A stretch of 64,000 bases of DNA from Blastocystis sp. Blastoise (Eukaryota > Protista > Bigyra: Opalinata). The stretch covers positions 62,001-126,000 of the forward strand of contig JBBPEB010000029.1 in NCBI GenBank assembly GCA_039096225.1, in the 5' to 3' direction. Below the pieces are notes generated by a model, which was not told the DNA's origin, ran no database searches, and saw nothing but the letters and a program-made list of their open reading frames with translations. The translations under genes were made by a program, and so were the position numbers. Shown here piece by piece: positions 49,778 to 64,000 of the stretch (its first letter is position 1; each line of letters begins with the position of its first letter).

Positions 49778-50589
49778 ATGGTAATGGGATAATTATGAAT
49801 GATAACCTAGTATTTCATTTGTTTTCTATAGAATTCTGTAAGTACAAGAAATGTTATTACCTTAAAAGGGTCAGCTGAGATGGTAGCTAAATTCTTCAAA
49901 TATGCTGTTACCAGTATTATCTATCAACGAGATATTTATCCTCCTGAAAGCTTTCGTCGTGTTCAGGCCTATGGACTAGCAATGGTTGAAGCAAATGATA
50001 AAGAACTTCAAAGCTATATTGACGACATTGTCAGTCAAGTCAAGTGTATTTTTTTATATTCTTACATTTTTTTTATTAATATCTTTAATTTATTGTTAGA
50101 TATATATATTTAATACAAATATGATTATTTTTTTAAAAGAAATTTGTGTATTATTATGCATTATAAATATTGTCATCCATATAGATTGGTTAGAACATGG
50201 TGACCTTCAAAGTTTAATTCTAGTTATTCATGGATGTGAATCGAATACTATATTAGAAAGATGGGCTTTTACTGTAGAAACAGATGAAGAAATCAAAGCA
50301 AACCCTGAAGGAGTGTATATATTTATGTTATTTTTAAGAGATTTTTTATTTATTTGTTTTTTTTAATATTTTAATTATATATATATATTTTTTTTAATAT
50401 GTTTGATATATTTATGTTGTTTCTTAAAATATATGTTTTATATATAATAATTATTATTTTTTTTTATATATATTTTAAAGTCAAAGAGAGAAATCACTTG
50501 ATCTTATTCAAAAAGAAATTCAAGCGATTATTCGTCAAATTACTGCTTCAGTGACTTTCTTACCTTTACTTCAAGAACCTTGTATAGCA

Positions 50590-50624
<35 letters not shown>

Positions 50625-50630
50625 CTGAGA

Positions 50631-50661
<31 letters not shown>

Positions 50662-50938
50662 CAAATTATTTTTATAAATCAAATTATTATTATTATACTA
50701 TTTATAGGTCGTTTTGAACTTATAGTCTATACAGATACAAATGCTGATGTTCCTTCTACTTGGGAACATAGCGATCCTAAATTGATTTCCAATTCTACTG
50801 AAGTCAGACTTCGTTCGTTTTCTACAACTGTAATTCTTTTATTTATAATACCCTATATAATTTATTTTAATCATTATATATATATATATATAGGTTCATA
50901 CTGTTGGTTCTGCAGTATCTTATAAACGAAACTTCTAA
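49778..50938 (+). CDS. MAD2: Spindle checkpoint HORMA protein MAD2; first exon is the ATG only
   Basis: ITLKGSAEMVAKFF..SIIYQRDIYPPESF; ILERWAF; IQKEIQAIIRQITASVTFLPLL; FELIVYTD; VRLRSFSTTVHTVGSAVSYK. Confidence 0.96.
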
Positions 50939-51309
50939 TTAAACTCGTTTTCTTTTATATTTTACTTTTTGTATTTCTATTTATTATTCTTTCAATTTTT
51001 TTTTTCGCCTTCTTTACTTTTTCTTCTTCTTTTATCTTAGTATCCTTGTTTTTAATCTGTTTATTTACAAATTCCGTATTAAAAATTAAGTTTTTAATAT
51101 TCACTCTATTTGTCTAAGTCATAAACACAACAATTCAAAGTTTATATCATATAAATACAAGAATAATAAACAGTAATTAAAATATATATATAAAAGATTA
51201 ATTCCTGAGAAAGAATATAATTCTAAGTTATTATTCACATAAAATCGTGTTTCTAAAACAATTTTTTTAAATACATATTACATCTCTATTTTTACTATAT
51301 ATTCGTAAT

Positions 51310-52303
51310 ATGATCATAGATATAGAAGGTCTTCAAGTTCTCTTCCCGTACATTCATCTTGAATTACTTAATTTAATGATATATAGTTTTGATACAATTT
51401 ATCCCGAACAATATGAGTATATGGTAGAATTAAAACATGCAATCAGCGTTCGTGATGGTAATGGTCATGCTCTTTTAGAAATGCCAACAGGAACAGGGAA
51501 AACAATTTCAATCTTATCTGTTGTTTTAGCTTTTCAACAAGCTGATCCTTCTATGGGTATCTTTAAAACTTGAATTTATATAAATAATATCGTTTAGGTC
51601 CATTAGTCTATTGTACACGTACAATTCCAGAATTAAATCAGTGTATGAGAGAATTAAAAAGACTTGTCAAGTATCGAGAGTCCATATTAGGAAAAGATAT
51701 GAAACCAACTCTTGGAATCTGTATGTCTTCAAGAAGAAATCTCTGTATTAATCCTGATATTAATGTTGTATCTCAACGAGAAACTGTTGATGTATTTTTT
51801 ATTTTATTATATTATTATATATATATATGTATATATATTTCTTCTTTCTTTATAGGCAGAATGTCGTCGTAGAACTGCTTCATGGGTCAGAGAGAGTCGA
51901 CAGTAATATATATATATATCCTTTATAATAATAATATATATTAATATTCAATATACATATATATATATGTAGAATAAAGCAGAATAATGTAGATATTGAG
52001 GATATACCTGTTTGTACATATTATGAAAATATTGAGAAAATGGAAGGAAATATGTTTTTACCAAATGGATGGTATATTATTATATTAATAATTCTATTTT
52101 TCTTATTTCTTAATATTAAGTACTTTTTTATTATTTCTTTCAATTTATTCCATTATTTTAATCATATATAGTTATTCTATGGATGAATTGAAGGACTTTG
52201 CCCGCCAAAAGGGGGTTTGTCCTTATTTTTTAACGCGTCAATCCCTTTCCATTGCAAATGTGGTCATTCTGAGTTATCAAGTATTTTATTATTATTGTTT
52301 TTA

Positions 52304-52382
<79 letters not shown>

Positions 52383-52392
52383 TTTATTTTTA

Positions 52393-52423
<31 letters not shown>

Positions 52424-53935
52424 ATTTTATAATTTGTATATCAATTTCCTTATATATACAATATATAGTATACGATATATATTTTCTTTTTATTATATTT
52501 TTATTAATAGTATATTTTGGATCCAAGAATATCTTCGCTACTAACGACAGATTTATTCACACGTGATCAATCTATTTGTGTTTTCGATGAGGGACACAAT
52601 CTAGAAGGTGTATGTATGGAAACGCTAACAGTTTCCCTAGATAGTGACACAATTAATAACTCCAAAATAGCTATTAAGAAGTATTTTTCATTTTTATTTA
52701 AAATAATCTTTCATTTTATAAAACTTTCTATTATTCATTTTCTCTTTAAATACTCTAAATATGTTATATCCTTTCATATATAGAATAAAAGACAAACAAC
52801 AGTATATGAAAAGTTTTAATGAACAAAAACTCACAGAAGAGTATAATAAACTAAAAGCAGAAATATATAAATTTGATATAACTAATAATAACCGCGGGGA
52901 AATGATCACGGGACCTCCACTTCCAGAAGGGCTAGCTCAACGAAAAATCCCTGGGGATATCAAAAAAGTGGATAATTTTCTCACAGTTGTGGAACATGCT
53001 ATCAACTATCTTGATAAAACCATAAAAACCGCGGGAATAAACATCACTTCTGCAGAACTATTCAAATTAGATATGAACAGAGTATATATATTTTTAATAT
53101 TTATAATTATCTTTCATTTGTTTATCTTGTATCTAATGGACTACTATTTCTATCTCTATATCCCTAGAGGATCTTTCTAAATGAGACCGTCTTATGTCAC
53201 ATGTGGTCAAGATATAATTCTATGATTAATACACTCCAATTACCTTCAGATAACTAGTATATATATTATGTTTATTATGTAAATTACTATTATTATGCTT
53301 ATTTTTATATAACAAATTATTAGGTTTATTATTATTATTATAAATATGTTTATTATTATTCATTATATAATTCTTTTAACTAAAATCCTATTCTATTTGT
53401 ATCTGAAGTATATATTCTGTGAATATGTATAGTATATATATATATACGACTATAATCATTTTTCATAGTTTATATAACCTCTCTCAAGTGATAGACTTTC
53501 TCACTCTTCTTGGCACATATTCCCGCGGTTTTTATGTCATATCTGAGTCTACAGCTGTATCTTCTACGACTACGTTTAAGAATATTCTCGAATTTTGTTG
53601 TACGGATCCCAGTATTATATTTAAAGAAATACAGAAGAGATTTCAACATATTATTATTACTAGTGGTATATATGTATATATATATTCTCATATATAAATA
53701 TATATAGGTACACTTTCTCCATTAGATATGTATACACGTCTCCTTTCATTCTCCCCCGCGGTTATGAGATCTATTCCTTTAACAATGCCTTATAACTGCA
53801 TTTGCCCCGTGGTTATCAGTCGAGGAAATGATCAAGTAAATATATATATTATTTTTAGTCGTATTTCACTTGAATATATTTTTCTTATATATATAGACAA
53901 AAGTTGCGTGCGAAATGGAAACCTTATCTTCTCTC

Positions 53936-53971
<36 letters not shown>

Positions 53972-54001
53972 GTTTATTATATGTTTATTATATGTTTATT
54001 A

Positions 54002-54061
<60 letters not shown>

Positions 54062-54628
54062 GACACAAGGAGTTGAGGGTATCGAGTCCCTTTTCAAGAA
54101 TGTATATATATATATATTATACTCGTCTTATTATATATATAAAAATCTATATTAGCAAACGATATCGACGAGTTATAAATACAGAGTTGATGATAATGTT
54201 ATTAAAAATTATGGATCCTTAGTATTTAATTTATGTAAATATACGCCAGATGGTGTTATTTGCTTCATTAATAGCTATCAATATATATCCTTTTAAATTA
54301 CTATTTATATATTTCTATATATTAAATATTATTTTTTAGTTCTACTGAATATATATATATATATTAATCCTTAATTGTTCTACCTTGAATTATGTATATG
54401 TAAATGGCATGAATTCGGAATATTGAAAGATATATATAAATATAAACTAGTTTTTATTGAAAGTAAAAACAGTGAAGAAACATATTTAACACTTCAAAAT
54501 TATAAACGAGCATGTGATATTGGTAGAGGTGGACTTCTTATATGTGTTTCCCGCGGGAAAGTAGCTGAAGGAGTTGATTTTAGTGGTCACTATGGACGTT
54601 GCGGCATCATGATTGGTATACCTTATCA

Positions 54629-54683
<55 letters not shown>

Positions 54684-54814
54684 TTCCATATGATCTCATT
54701 ATATATATATATAGATATGCTTTATCACGAGAATTACGTGTACGTTTATCGTATTTTAGAGATAACTTTCAAATCGATGAACAAGATTATTATCAATTTG
54801 ATGCTCTTCGACAA

Positions 54815-54894
<80 letters not shown>

Positions 54895-55470
54895 CAATGA
54901 TATTTGTATTACTATTATTTGTTATGCATTATTTATATCATTTCTATTTATGTATGATAACTATTCATTAATTGTATTGTTAAGTATTATTATTATGTTT
55001 ATTCTATATCTATATCTATATATTCTAATATATATTCTATATATATATCTATATATCTCTATCTATATATATCTATCTATATCTCTATATATCTCTATAT
55101 ATAGACTGCTCAATGTTTGGGTCGTACTATTCGTAATAAAAAAGATTATTCTGTTTGTGTATTTGCGGATGCACGATATAATCAGGCAGATAAACGAAAT
55201 AAACTACCTCAATGGATACAACAAGTATGATTCCCACGGTTATTATACCTATTAACTTCAATATTATTCATAATATTTCTTTATACTTTCTATATATAGC
55301 AAATGCCTACTTCACACTTAAATCTTTCTGTTGATATGGCCTTACTTACTATTCGACAATTCCTTAAGACTATGGCTCAACCACAAATTCATGAAGAATC
55401 GCTCTATTTATTAGATGAAGAAAATCTCAAGAAATATATAGAACAAAAGAAGAAAACTATTAATGAATAA
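51310..55470 (+). CDS. ERCC2: TFIIH Fe-S helicase XPD/Rad3
   Basis: [13 protein letters not shown]; [10 protein letters not shown]; YCTRTIPE; four Fe-S Cys (RRNLC, AECRR, PVCTYY, GVCPYF); VFDEGHN; ITSGTLSPL; [11 protein letters not shown]; [14 protein letters not shown]; KLPQWI. Confidence 0.96.
54285..54383 (+). other. U12-type (minor spliceosome) AT-AC intron in XPD
   Basis: 5' ATATCCTTTT, branch site TCCTTAAT at 54368-54375, 3' CTAC. Removal gives NSYQY|LELCICKW, matching the conserved XPD SYQYME..W segment. Confidence 0.92.
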
Positions 55471-56242
55471 ATTGTGTTTTTTATGAATATATCTTATATA
55501 TTATGATTCTATTCATGTAATATTACTCAAACAGTATAACCGTGAAATTTGTGTTGAATATAATGTAATATTTACAATTTATGTCAATAATTCTTTAATC
55601 TAAAAGATTTTTATAAATTTGATTAAATTTCTATATTATTTCATGACCAGAAACGAAGTATATTATACTAGATATTTGATATATATGTTTAAGCATCATA
55701 ACACGTTTTTGATTGTTTTTACAATTCAAATATCAGAAATGCTTAAATCAAATAAGCAAAAAGAGGATGTTAAAAACCTACAAAGTTTTTAAAAGTTCAC
55801 ATATAATCTTTTTTAATGATATTTAAATAATCTTTTTGAACACAAATGAGTAATCAAGCAACATAAACTGTTTTAAGTCAGGATCAATATATATATAACC
55901 TTTGGTAAATATTTTTTGATATAATGTTTTCGTTTTTTTTTAATGTAAGAATACAATTATGTATCAAAGATAACAAAATAAAACATTAAGCTATCTATTG
56001 TCTATGCCTTTATGTGCTTTGTATTTTACAATATTTTAATGCCTACTACTTTGAATGTTTCCATAATGAATAATCAAAAACAAATATTATGAAAAAAATA
56101 TCCATTGGTTTAATATTTTGTTTACAGACACAGAAACTAGCTATCATAAATTTAAAAAAATTTTTTTTTACATTCTATCAGGACACATACATACGAGGAG
56201 GAACATTATTTTTATTGAATGTCGAGATATAATACAATTAGA

Positions 56243-56367
56243 TTAGTGGATTCTCTTTTACTTTTATTGACACCGAATATGGGAATAGATTGTTTACGAA
56301 TACAGGTATGGAAGAGAATACGAATTGGTTTTATATAGATGAATATGAAGTATGGGGAAGAATATGA
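56243..56367 (+). pseudogene. Orphan 3' fragment of the TLDc gene carried by the duplication
   Basis: Encodes SGFSFTFIDTEYGNRLFTNTGMEENTNWFYIDEYEVWGRI*, identical to the end of 18839-19794. Upstream sequence is unrelated. Confidence 0.9.
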
Positions 56368-57028
56368 ATAAAAAGTAAATTGTTTTTGTGTTCATCGATG
56401 TTTCGTTATTTTACTTGTTAAACTTATTTATATATATAAAATAGAAAGAAAAAAATAAATATATATATGTAAGTAAATGAAAAAGTATTCTTTTGATAAA
56501 GTTATAAAGAGTTTTTTAATATTTTATTTGTTATCTTGAAAAATGATATATTATATTTTGAAATGATAAATAAGAAACTTATTGAATAATAAAAAAGTTA
56601 TAAATAAATAAATAACATCAAATTTCACTTGGATTAGAGTAAATCAGAAATAATTATTCATAATTAACATTTATAAACACAAATATAGTATATAAATACT
56701 TTATAGTTTCTTATTGAGTTCATAATATTAAATTAAAACACGAATAAAGAATAATTGTAAATAATGATATGTTTATATTACATTAAATGATTCCTATTGA
56801 TATCAAGAATGATTCAATAAATGATAATTAAATATATTTATTAGTTAAAAGAATATTTAGAAAGGAAAAGAATAGAAAAAACAATAATGACTTCATTTTA
56901 TGGTTAAAGCAGAAAAGACAGTTAGAAATGACTGTTTTTCCATTATTGAACGTTTTCAAATAAAAAAGAAAAAGAATCAATTTTATTTTTAATTCCTATA
57001 GTCATTTCTTTTATTTTATTGAGAGAAG

Positions 57029-60000
57029 ATGACATTCATTCCATATCTAATATGCTTTCTTCTATTTATTTCAACATGTATTAATTTCTTTTAAAACTCA
57101 TGTTTCCATTTCTCTTTGTTCTTTGTTGTTCTTTCTGTTATTTTTATCATTAATATATATATAGTAGAAGCTATATGTATGTATCCTGAGAAATCTTTTA
57201 CTGTAACAAGAGTATATAAAGAATTATCAAGTGAAGAAGAAGTTCGTATTTATGAAGGAACAAATACTGATGTATCGGGTATAATAATATTTGAACAAGT
57301 AGGTGAAGATAATTTACAAGGAATGAGTATTGATTATGAAGCATGTTTAGAATTTAATAAACAATATACTTTATGGATGAAAGATGGGTATTTATTATGT
57401 TTTTTTTTTCTTTATTTATTTATTTTTTTATTTATTTATTTATTTATTTATTTTTTTTATTTATTTATTTATTTATTTTTTTTATTTATTTATTTATTTA
57501 TTTTTTCTTTCTTTCTTTCTTTATATTAATTAATATAAATGTTTAATATAGTTTTGGTGATGGTTGGTCTATTGGTTCTACTATTCAAATTAAATTTAAT
57601 ACTCAATTATTTTTAGAATCTACAGGTCCTGAAAGTGATATTAAAACAATTCCTTTTCAAGGTATATAGAATAAGAATAATAAATATAATAAATATAATA
57701 TAATATTATTATAGCTAGAATGACAATACCTGCTGGTAGTACTGTTCAATTTACAAAAGAAACTCAAATGAATTCTAATTGGTTAAATAGTGATTTTGAT
57801 GCTTCTAATTGGCTTTCTATTCGTAACGGTTATTTCCAAGCTGTTTCTACAATTACTCGTTATTATCGATATACTACTACTATTATTCTTCAAGATTCTT
57901 TCTCTTTCATTTTATCTTTTAAAACAGATTCTGCATTTATTACTTATATTAATGGTATAGAAATATATCGTGAAGGACTTCCTGAGTATATTATATTTAT
58001 ATATTATATTTATATATTATATTTATATATTATATATAGAGGAAATATTACTTCTACTACTCAAAGTCTTTTTCAAGAATCAACTTCTACTTGGAAAAGG
58101 TATATATATATATAATATATATATATGTATTCTATATATATATATATATAGTATAACAATTCCAAGTTCTATTTATTTCCCTTCTTCTATATTATGTATT
58201 GGTATTGAAATACATGCTATGGAGACTCAATTAGGAGATCATGACCCATTTGATATCGAAGCAAATATCAACTATGGACAAGGTATATATATATATAATA
58301 TTATATTATATTATATATTATATATATAGAAGATTCAATTATTGATATATTAAATGGAAATTGTATATCTATTCCTAATTCTATAAGTTGTATAAATGCA
58401 TTTGATAATAATCCAAGTACTACTTATATATCTTCTACTCAAAATACAACATTAACTTATATTCTACCTAATTTACAGTATATATAATAATAATAATAAT
58501 AATATATAATAATAATAAATATAATAGTCGTGCTTGGTTTAATGGATATCAAATTATTTCTTCTCCAAGTAATTCCCACGGGGATCCTCAATTATGGCGT
58601 ATTTATGGAAGTTCAGATCAGGGTATTACTTGGTATTTTTTAGATTATCAACAAGATCAATCTTTCTTAAATAGAAATACTATATATACATATTATTTAA
58701 GATCTAATAAATTTATTTGTAATGCTATTAAAATTGAAATATGTATTTATATTTATATTTATTTTTTTTTATTTTTTATATTTATATTTATTTTTTATTT
58801 TTATTTTTATTTATTATTTATTTATATTTATTTTTATATTTATATTTATTATTTATATTTTATATTTATTATAATATTTATTATAATATATATTATTATT
58901 ATAATTAAATATCTATAGTATCTTCTACAGATGGAAATAGTGTAGAATTTTCTGAATTTCGTATATTAACCTCAAATCAATCGATTCTTCCCGAAGGCCT
59001 TTTTTTCTCTGAAAGTGACTGGATTGCTTATACAGATGTACCTCTTTATTGGAAACCCTTGAATAGTGGATATTATTCTTATTGGATTACTCCTTCTCTT
59101 CCTCTTGGATTATCCTTAAATCCTAATAATGGAGCTATTTATGGTACACCCTTAGAAGGTATTCAACAACAATATATACTTTCTGCTTTACATGGAATTA
59201 CTCATTATTCATATTCTATAAATATTCCTCTTATTATTAATGGTATATATATTTATATTTATTTTATTATATTATAATTATTTTTTTTTTATTAAAAAAA
59301 GAAAATTATTTATTTATTTATATATTATTTATATAGGTTGTTTTCAACCATTATCTACTCAACTTTTTATAACAAAACATAATTCTATTCATTCGAATGA
59401 AGAATCTTTCTCACTTTATAATTCTGAACAAATACTTATTTTCTCTCATCCTTCTTCTTCTTCTTCTTCTTCTCTTCCTTCTATATCTAATTATACAAAA
59501 TGTATTCCTAGTGGTATATATACACTTGTTCTTAATGATTTTGGAAAGAATGGTTGGGACTCAAATTCTTATGTAGAATTCTATCAACGTATTGAAGGTA
59601 TACATTTATTTTCTTTTGGTTATTTCTCATTAATTAATGGTTCTCAAAAGAATTATACTTTAAATACAAAATTTGATGTATATTCATATTCTGGATTAAA
59701 ATATTATATTGTATCTACTATTATTCCTTCTTCAAGGACTAGTTATTCTTATGATGATGCATCTTGGAATTCTTTACCTACTTCTTCAACTCAAACACCT
59801 TTAATACTTAATAAACGTATTATATTAGTAAGAAAAACATATTCTCTTAGTTCAAAATCTATTAGTAAAGGATGGATATTATATATAAAATCAAAATCAG
59901 GTATTTTAGCTTATATAAATGAACATCTTGTTTATTCATTATATGTAAATGAAAATATATTCAATATTACTACAACTATAGCTACAGAAGAAGAAGATGA

Positions 60001-63000
60001 ATATACTTGGAAAACAATTTCTGGACCTATGTATTTATTAGATAATAATAATTATATTACACTTTCTTTTGTTATTTTATTTCCTACTACAAAAAATAAT
60101 AAATTTTTATTTGATATAAATTTCCGATTATTTGTTGATTCTTCTATTCCTATATCTTATTCTGCTGAATATAATTGTGAAGGAGGATGTAATACAAGTA
60201 AAGCTATATATATACAAGATCATGATTTATCTACAAGATGGATATCAAATACATTTAATATAACAGAATCTAAAGGAATTACAATTTTATTTAATAATCA
60301 TAATACTTATTATTTTAATAAATATTGTTTAATATCTTCAATGATAAAAAAAGAAGAAGATCCTATTGATTGGATTTTATATGGTATAGAAGATAATAAT
60401 AATATCTCAGATAATATTTTAGATAATATTTCAAATAATATTTCAGATAATAATAAAACATTAATACTTCTTGATATACAACATAATATATCTTGGGAAG
60501 ATAGAAATCAAAAACAATGTTTTTATATATCACAAAATACAAATTTTTATAAAGGATATCAATTTATAGCAACAAAAACAAATTCAAATTTATTAATAAA
60601 TCAATATTCACTTTCTGAATTAGAATTTTATATAGATGATTTTACATCTATTATTATTCCTCCACTTTCTTTTTCTATGAATATACTTAGTACATATAAA
60701 GGTATTCATTTTCCTCCTCTTCTTTCTTCTTCACCTTATTATACAAATTTTACTATATCTCCTTCTCTTCCTTCTCCATTATCTATTGATAGTAGTAATG
60801 GATATATTAATGGAATACCTATATATCCATTTTCATCAACTATTTATTCTATTAATGCTTATTCTATACAAGGAATACAAGTTAATACTACTATTACTTT
60901 AGAAGTACTTTCTTGTGATTCTCCTTATAATTTATTTATATTTCAATTTGAAATGAATGAAAATTCTAGATATGCAGGATGGTCTCTTTATGATAATTCA
61001 AATCAATTAATTGATTCTAAAAATACTAGTACACCACTTTCTACTGATTATTATAGTTTTTGTAAAATAACTTCTATTTATACACTTCATTTATTTGATA
61101 CAACTGAAAATGATTGGATTAATAGTAAATATACTATTTTATTAGAAGATGGTACTATACTTTATTCTTCTATTGTTTTACCACAAACTATTCTTCCTAT
61201 TACTATTTCATTTAATATAGGTTATTTAATGAATTTAAAAACAACTACTTGGAAATATCTTAATAATCGAAATATACCAGAATCTAATTGGATATTACCT
61301 AATTATGATGATTCTTATTGGTCTACAAGTATTAGTTCTACTCTTCCTTCTCCTTTAGGAATAACTCAATATTATAGAAGTTCATTTTTAATTCCTATTT
61401 TATCTTCTCTTTATGTATCTATGGAAATTACTACTTATACTTATGCTGGTATGATTCTTTATATAAATGGAATAGAAATTAATCGTATTCATTTACCTAA
61501 TAATATTAATATTACTTCATCTACATTAGCTACTTATGAATATACTAATTATACTTCTTTTAGTATAAGTATATTATTATCTAATCCTTGTTTAATTCAA
61601 GGATTAAATATAATAGCTATAGAAACACATCGTCAATATAATTTACCTATAATAAATGGATTTGGTTGTAGTATTCATTTAATATCTACTAATGAATATA
61701 GAATGATTGATGGTATATATACAACTAATAATATTAATATTGATCCAATATATGATATATCAAAATTATTTGATAATAATCCTCTTACTTATACAATTTC
61801 TGGACCACAATGTTTAGGATCTATATATACTTGGACATATAATAATAATAGACGTGAATATATTAATAAATATACTATTATAACAGGTCCAAAATGTAAT
61901 AAACGTCATCCTTCTGGTTGGAGATTAGAAGGTAGTAATAATCATGGAGAAACATGGACTTTATTACATTCTGTACGTCATCAATATTATACAACTTATA
62001 AACAAAGTATTAGTTATGATTTTTATATATCTGAATCTTATAATAGTTATCGTCTTTATATAAATGAATGTAATAATCATAATATTCTTCAAGATGATTA
62101 TTTAGATTGTCAAAATGATAATAATAATAATAATATATATTTTCAATTAGCAGAATTATCTTTTTATATAACAAATAATAAATTATCATGTAATCCTTTT
62201 GATGGATATATTGGTGCTTATGATAATACAGAAGCATATAAAGAATGTCCATTTGGTTATAAAGGTATACAAAAAAGATTATGTATAAATAGTCATTTTG
62301 AAGAAAATCAATTTTTATGTGATCCTCTTCCACCATTACATATAGAATATATATCAAATACATTTACATTTATTAAATTATTAGAATATTCAATTAATCC
62401 TATAATAGAAGGTGTACTTCTTTCTTTTTCTATATATCCTTCTTTACCTTTAGGTTTATCTATTAATATAACTACAGGAACTATTTATGGAATACCATTA
62501 ATAGAAACAATAAATTCTTCTTATATAATAACAGTATCAAATCCTGCTGGATCTTTAAATACTACAATAAATCTTATAATAATTAATGAATATTGTAATG
62601 AAGAAGGAATATGGATGAAAACTGAAATAGGATCGAATTCTACTCTATCTTGTGAAGATCCAATAAATTATGAAGGATATCGTACACGTAATTGTCTTAT
62701 TGGATCACCTGGTATATGGCTTAATGAATATTCTACATGTCAATTACGTATTCCTACACTTATATATCCTTCTTCTTTTATATCTATATATCGTTATGAT
62801 TCTCTTGATTCTCAAATTCCTATTCGTACAGGATTATTTTTAGAATCTATGACTATTTCTCCTTCTATTCTTAAAGGATTATCTTTTGATATTAATACGG
62901 GTATCATAGAAGGTATACCTTTAGAATTAGGTCAATTTATATATACTATAACATTAACAAATCCTCGTAATACAATAATATATATATTAACAATAGAAGT

Positions 63001-63775
63001 ATTACCCTTAAAATGTATAGAAGAAGAAGAAAAAGACAATTCATTATGGTTAAGTATAGAAAGACGTCAAACTAGTTATATAGAATGTTCAAATGGGTTT
63101 TCTGGAATACAATCTAGAGATTGTATTGATGGTGGATTTCATAATGCTACTTGGGATAATAATATAAATACAAAAAATTGTTTTATATATAATAGTGAAG
63201 AAACTCCAAATGAAAATTATGTATTTATACATATTCCATTAATTATTGAAGGTCCATCTTCTATATCAATGAAAAAACCTGATTCTCAAGAAATCTTTAG
63301 ACAATCTATTGTTTCATTATATAATAATAATATTAATATTGAAAGTGAATTAGTTCGTATATTATCTATAATAGATATGAATGATAATAATAATAATAAT
63401 ATAAATTATAATAGAACTATAATTACTATACGAATAATAGTAAAAGAAACAGAAGTTAATACTATAACGACAACGATGTATACATCAATAAATTCAAATA
63501 TATTATTATATAATATACATAATAATACAAATATAGAAACTTTACAAGAAATTCAAAAGATTTATTTAGATGTTTCTGGAATATCTACAGAATATTATAT
63601 TCCTAATAATAATACTATACTTATTATTATTATTATTATTATTATTCTTATCTTATTCATTATTGCTATTCTAGTTTCTATATATATTTTAAAGAAGAAG
63701 AAGAAGATGCAAATACATAAACTTGAACAACCAAATACAACACTTCAACGAAATCAACCTCAAAAAATGATCTAA
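57029..63775 (+). CDS. Giant type I membrane surface protein, copy 2, 10 exons (last exon 59337-63775)
   Basis: Same structure as copy 1. Differences seen in the last exon: W>R (59735), I>V, L>F, I>L and a 13-aa NISD-repeat extension. Confidence 0.85.
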
Positions 63776-64000
63776 AAGAATATGTTTTTTTTTAATTATA
63801 TATTTATTTTAATATATTTTTTTATTTTCCAAATCTATATATAATTTATTTTTTTTTAATAAAATAGAAAATGTTTTTTTTCTCTCTTTCTTTATTAATT
63901 CACGTTTTCTATATTAATTAAATTTTGCTTCAAATTATATATTAGTTTTTATTTATTTATTTATATTAGTTTTTATTTTTTTTTTGTTAATTATTATGTA

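Larger units (their letters stand above)
56243..64000. repeat. Right arm of the inverted segmental duplication (partner 11234-18963); runs off the window end
   Basis: Near-identical reverse complement of 11234-18963. Confidence 0.97.

Overview
Very AT-rich, intron-dense eukaryotic DNA. Several features point to an anaerobic stramenopile, most likely a low-GC Blastocystis-like lineage (inference, not proven): a mitochondrion-targeted acetate:succinate CoA-transferase, a TLDc protein, a giant Ig/discoidin surface protein and U12 introns. Genes reconstructed by hand across introns, in order: SUMO (+), alanyl-tRNA synthetase (-), ASCT (+), a bacterial-type rifampicin-phosphotransferase-like gene that looks broken (-), a giant surface protein copy 1 (-), TLDc (-), a type II membrane coiled-coil protein (-), a ZIP/ZupT transporter with (HELHE)n (-), condensin II CAP-D3 (+), two SDRs (+), PARP (-), VAC14 (+), epsin/ENTH (-), MAD2 (+), XPD (+) and giant surface protein copy 2 (+). 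Main observations: (1) a CG-rich CCGCGG-core motif is strongly over-represented inside exons through rare synonymous codons, reminiscent of cyanobacterial HIP1; (2) two textbook AT-AC minor-spliceosome introns (ZIP, XPD) and several other non-canonical junctions; (3) a near-identical inverted duplication of at least 7.7 kb brackets about 37 kb of housekeeping genes; (4) XPD carries twin 39-nt microexons. Most short ORFs in the supplied track are microsatellite-intron read-throughs. All gene models and family calls come from manual motif recognition, not database searches.
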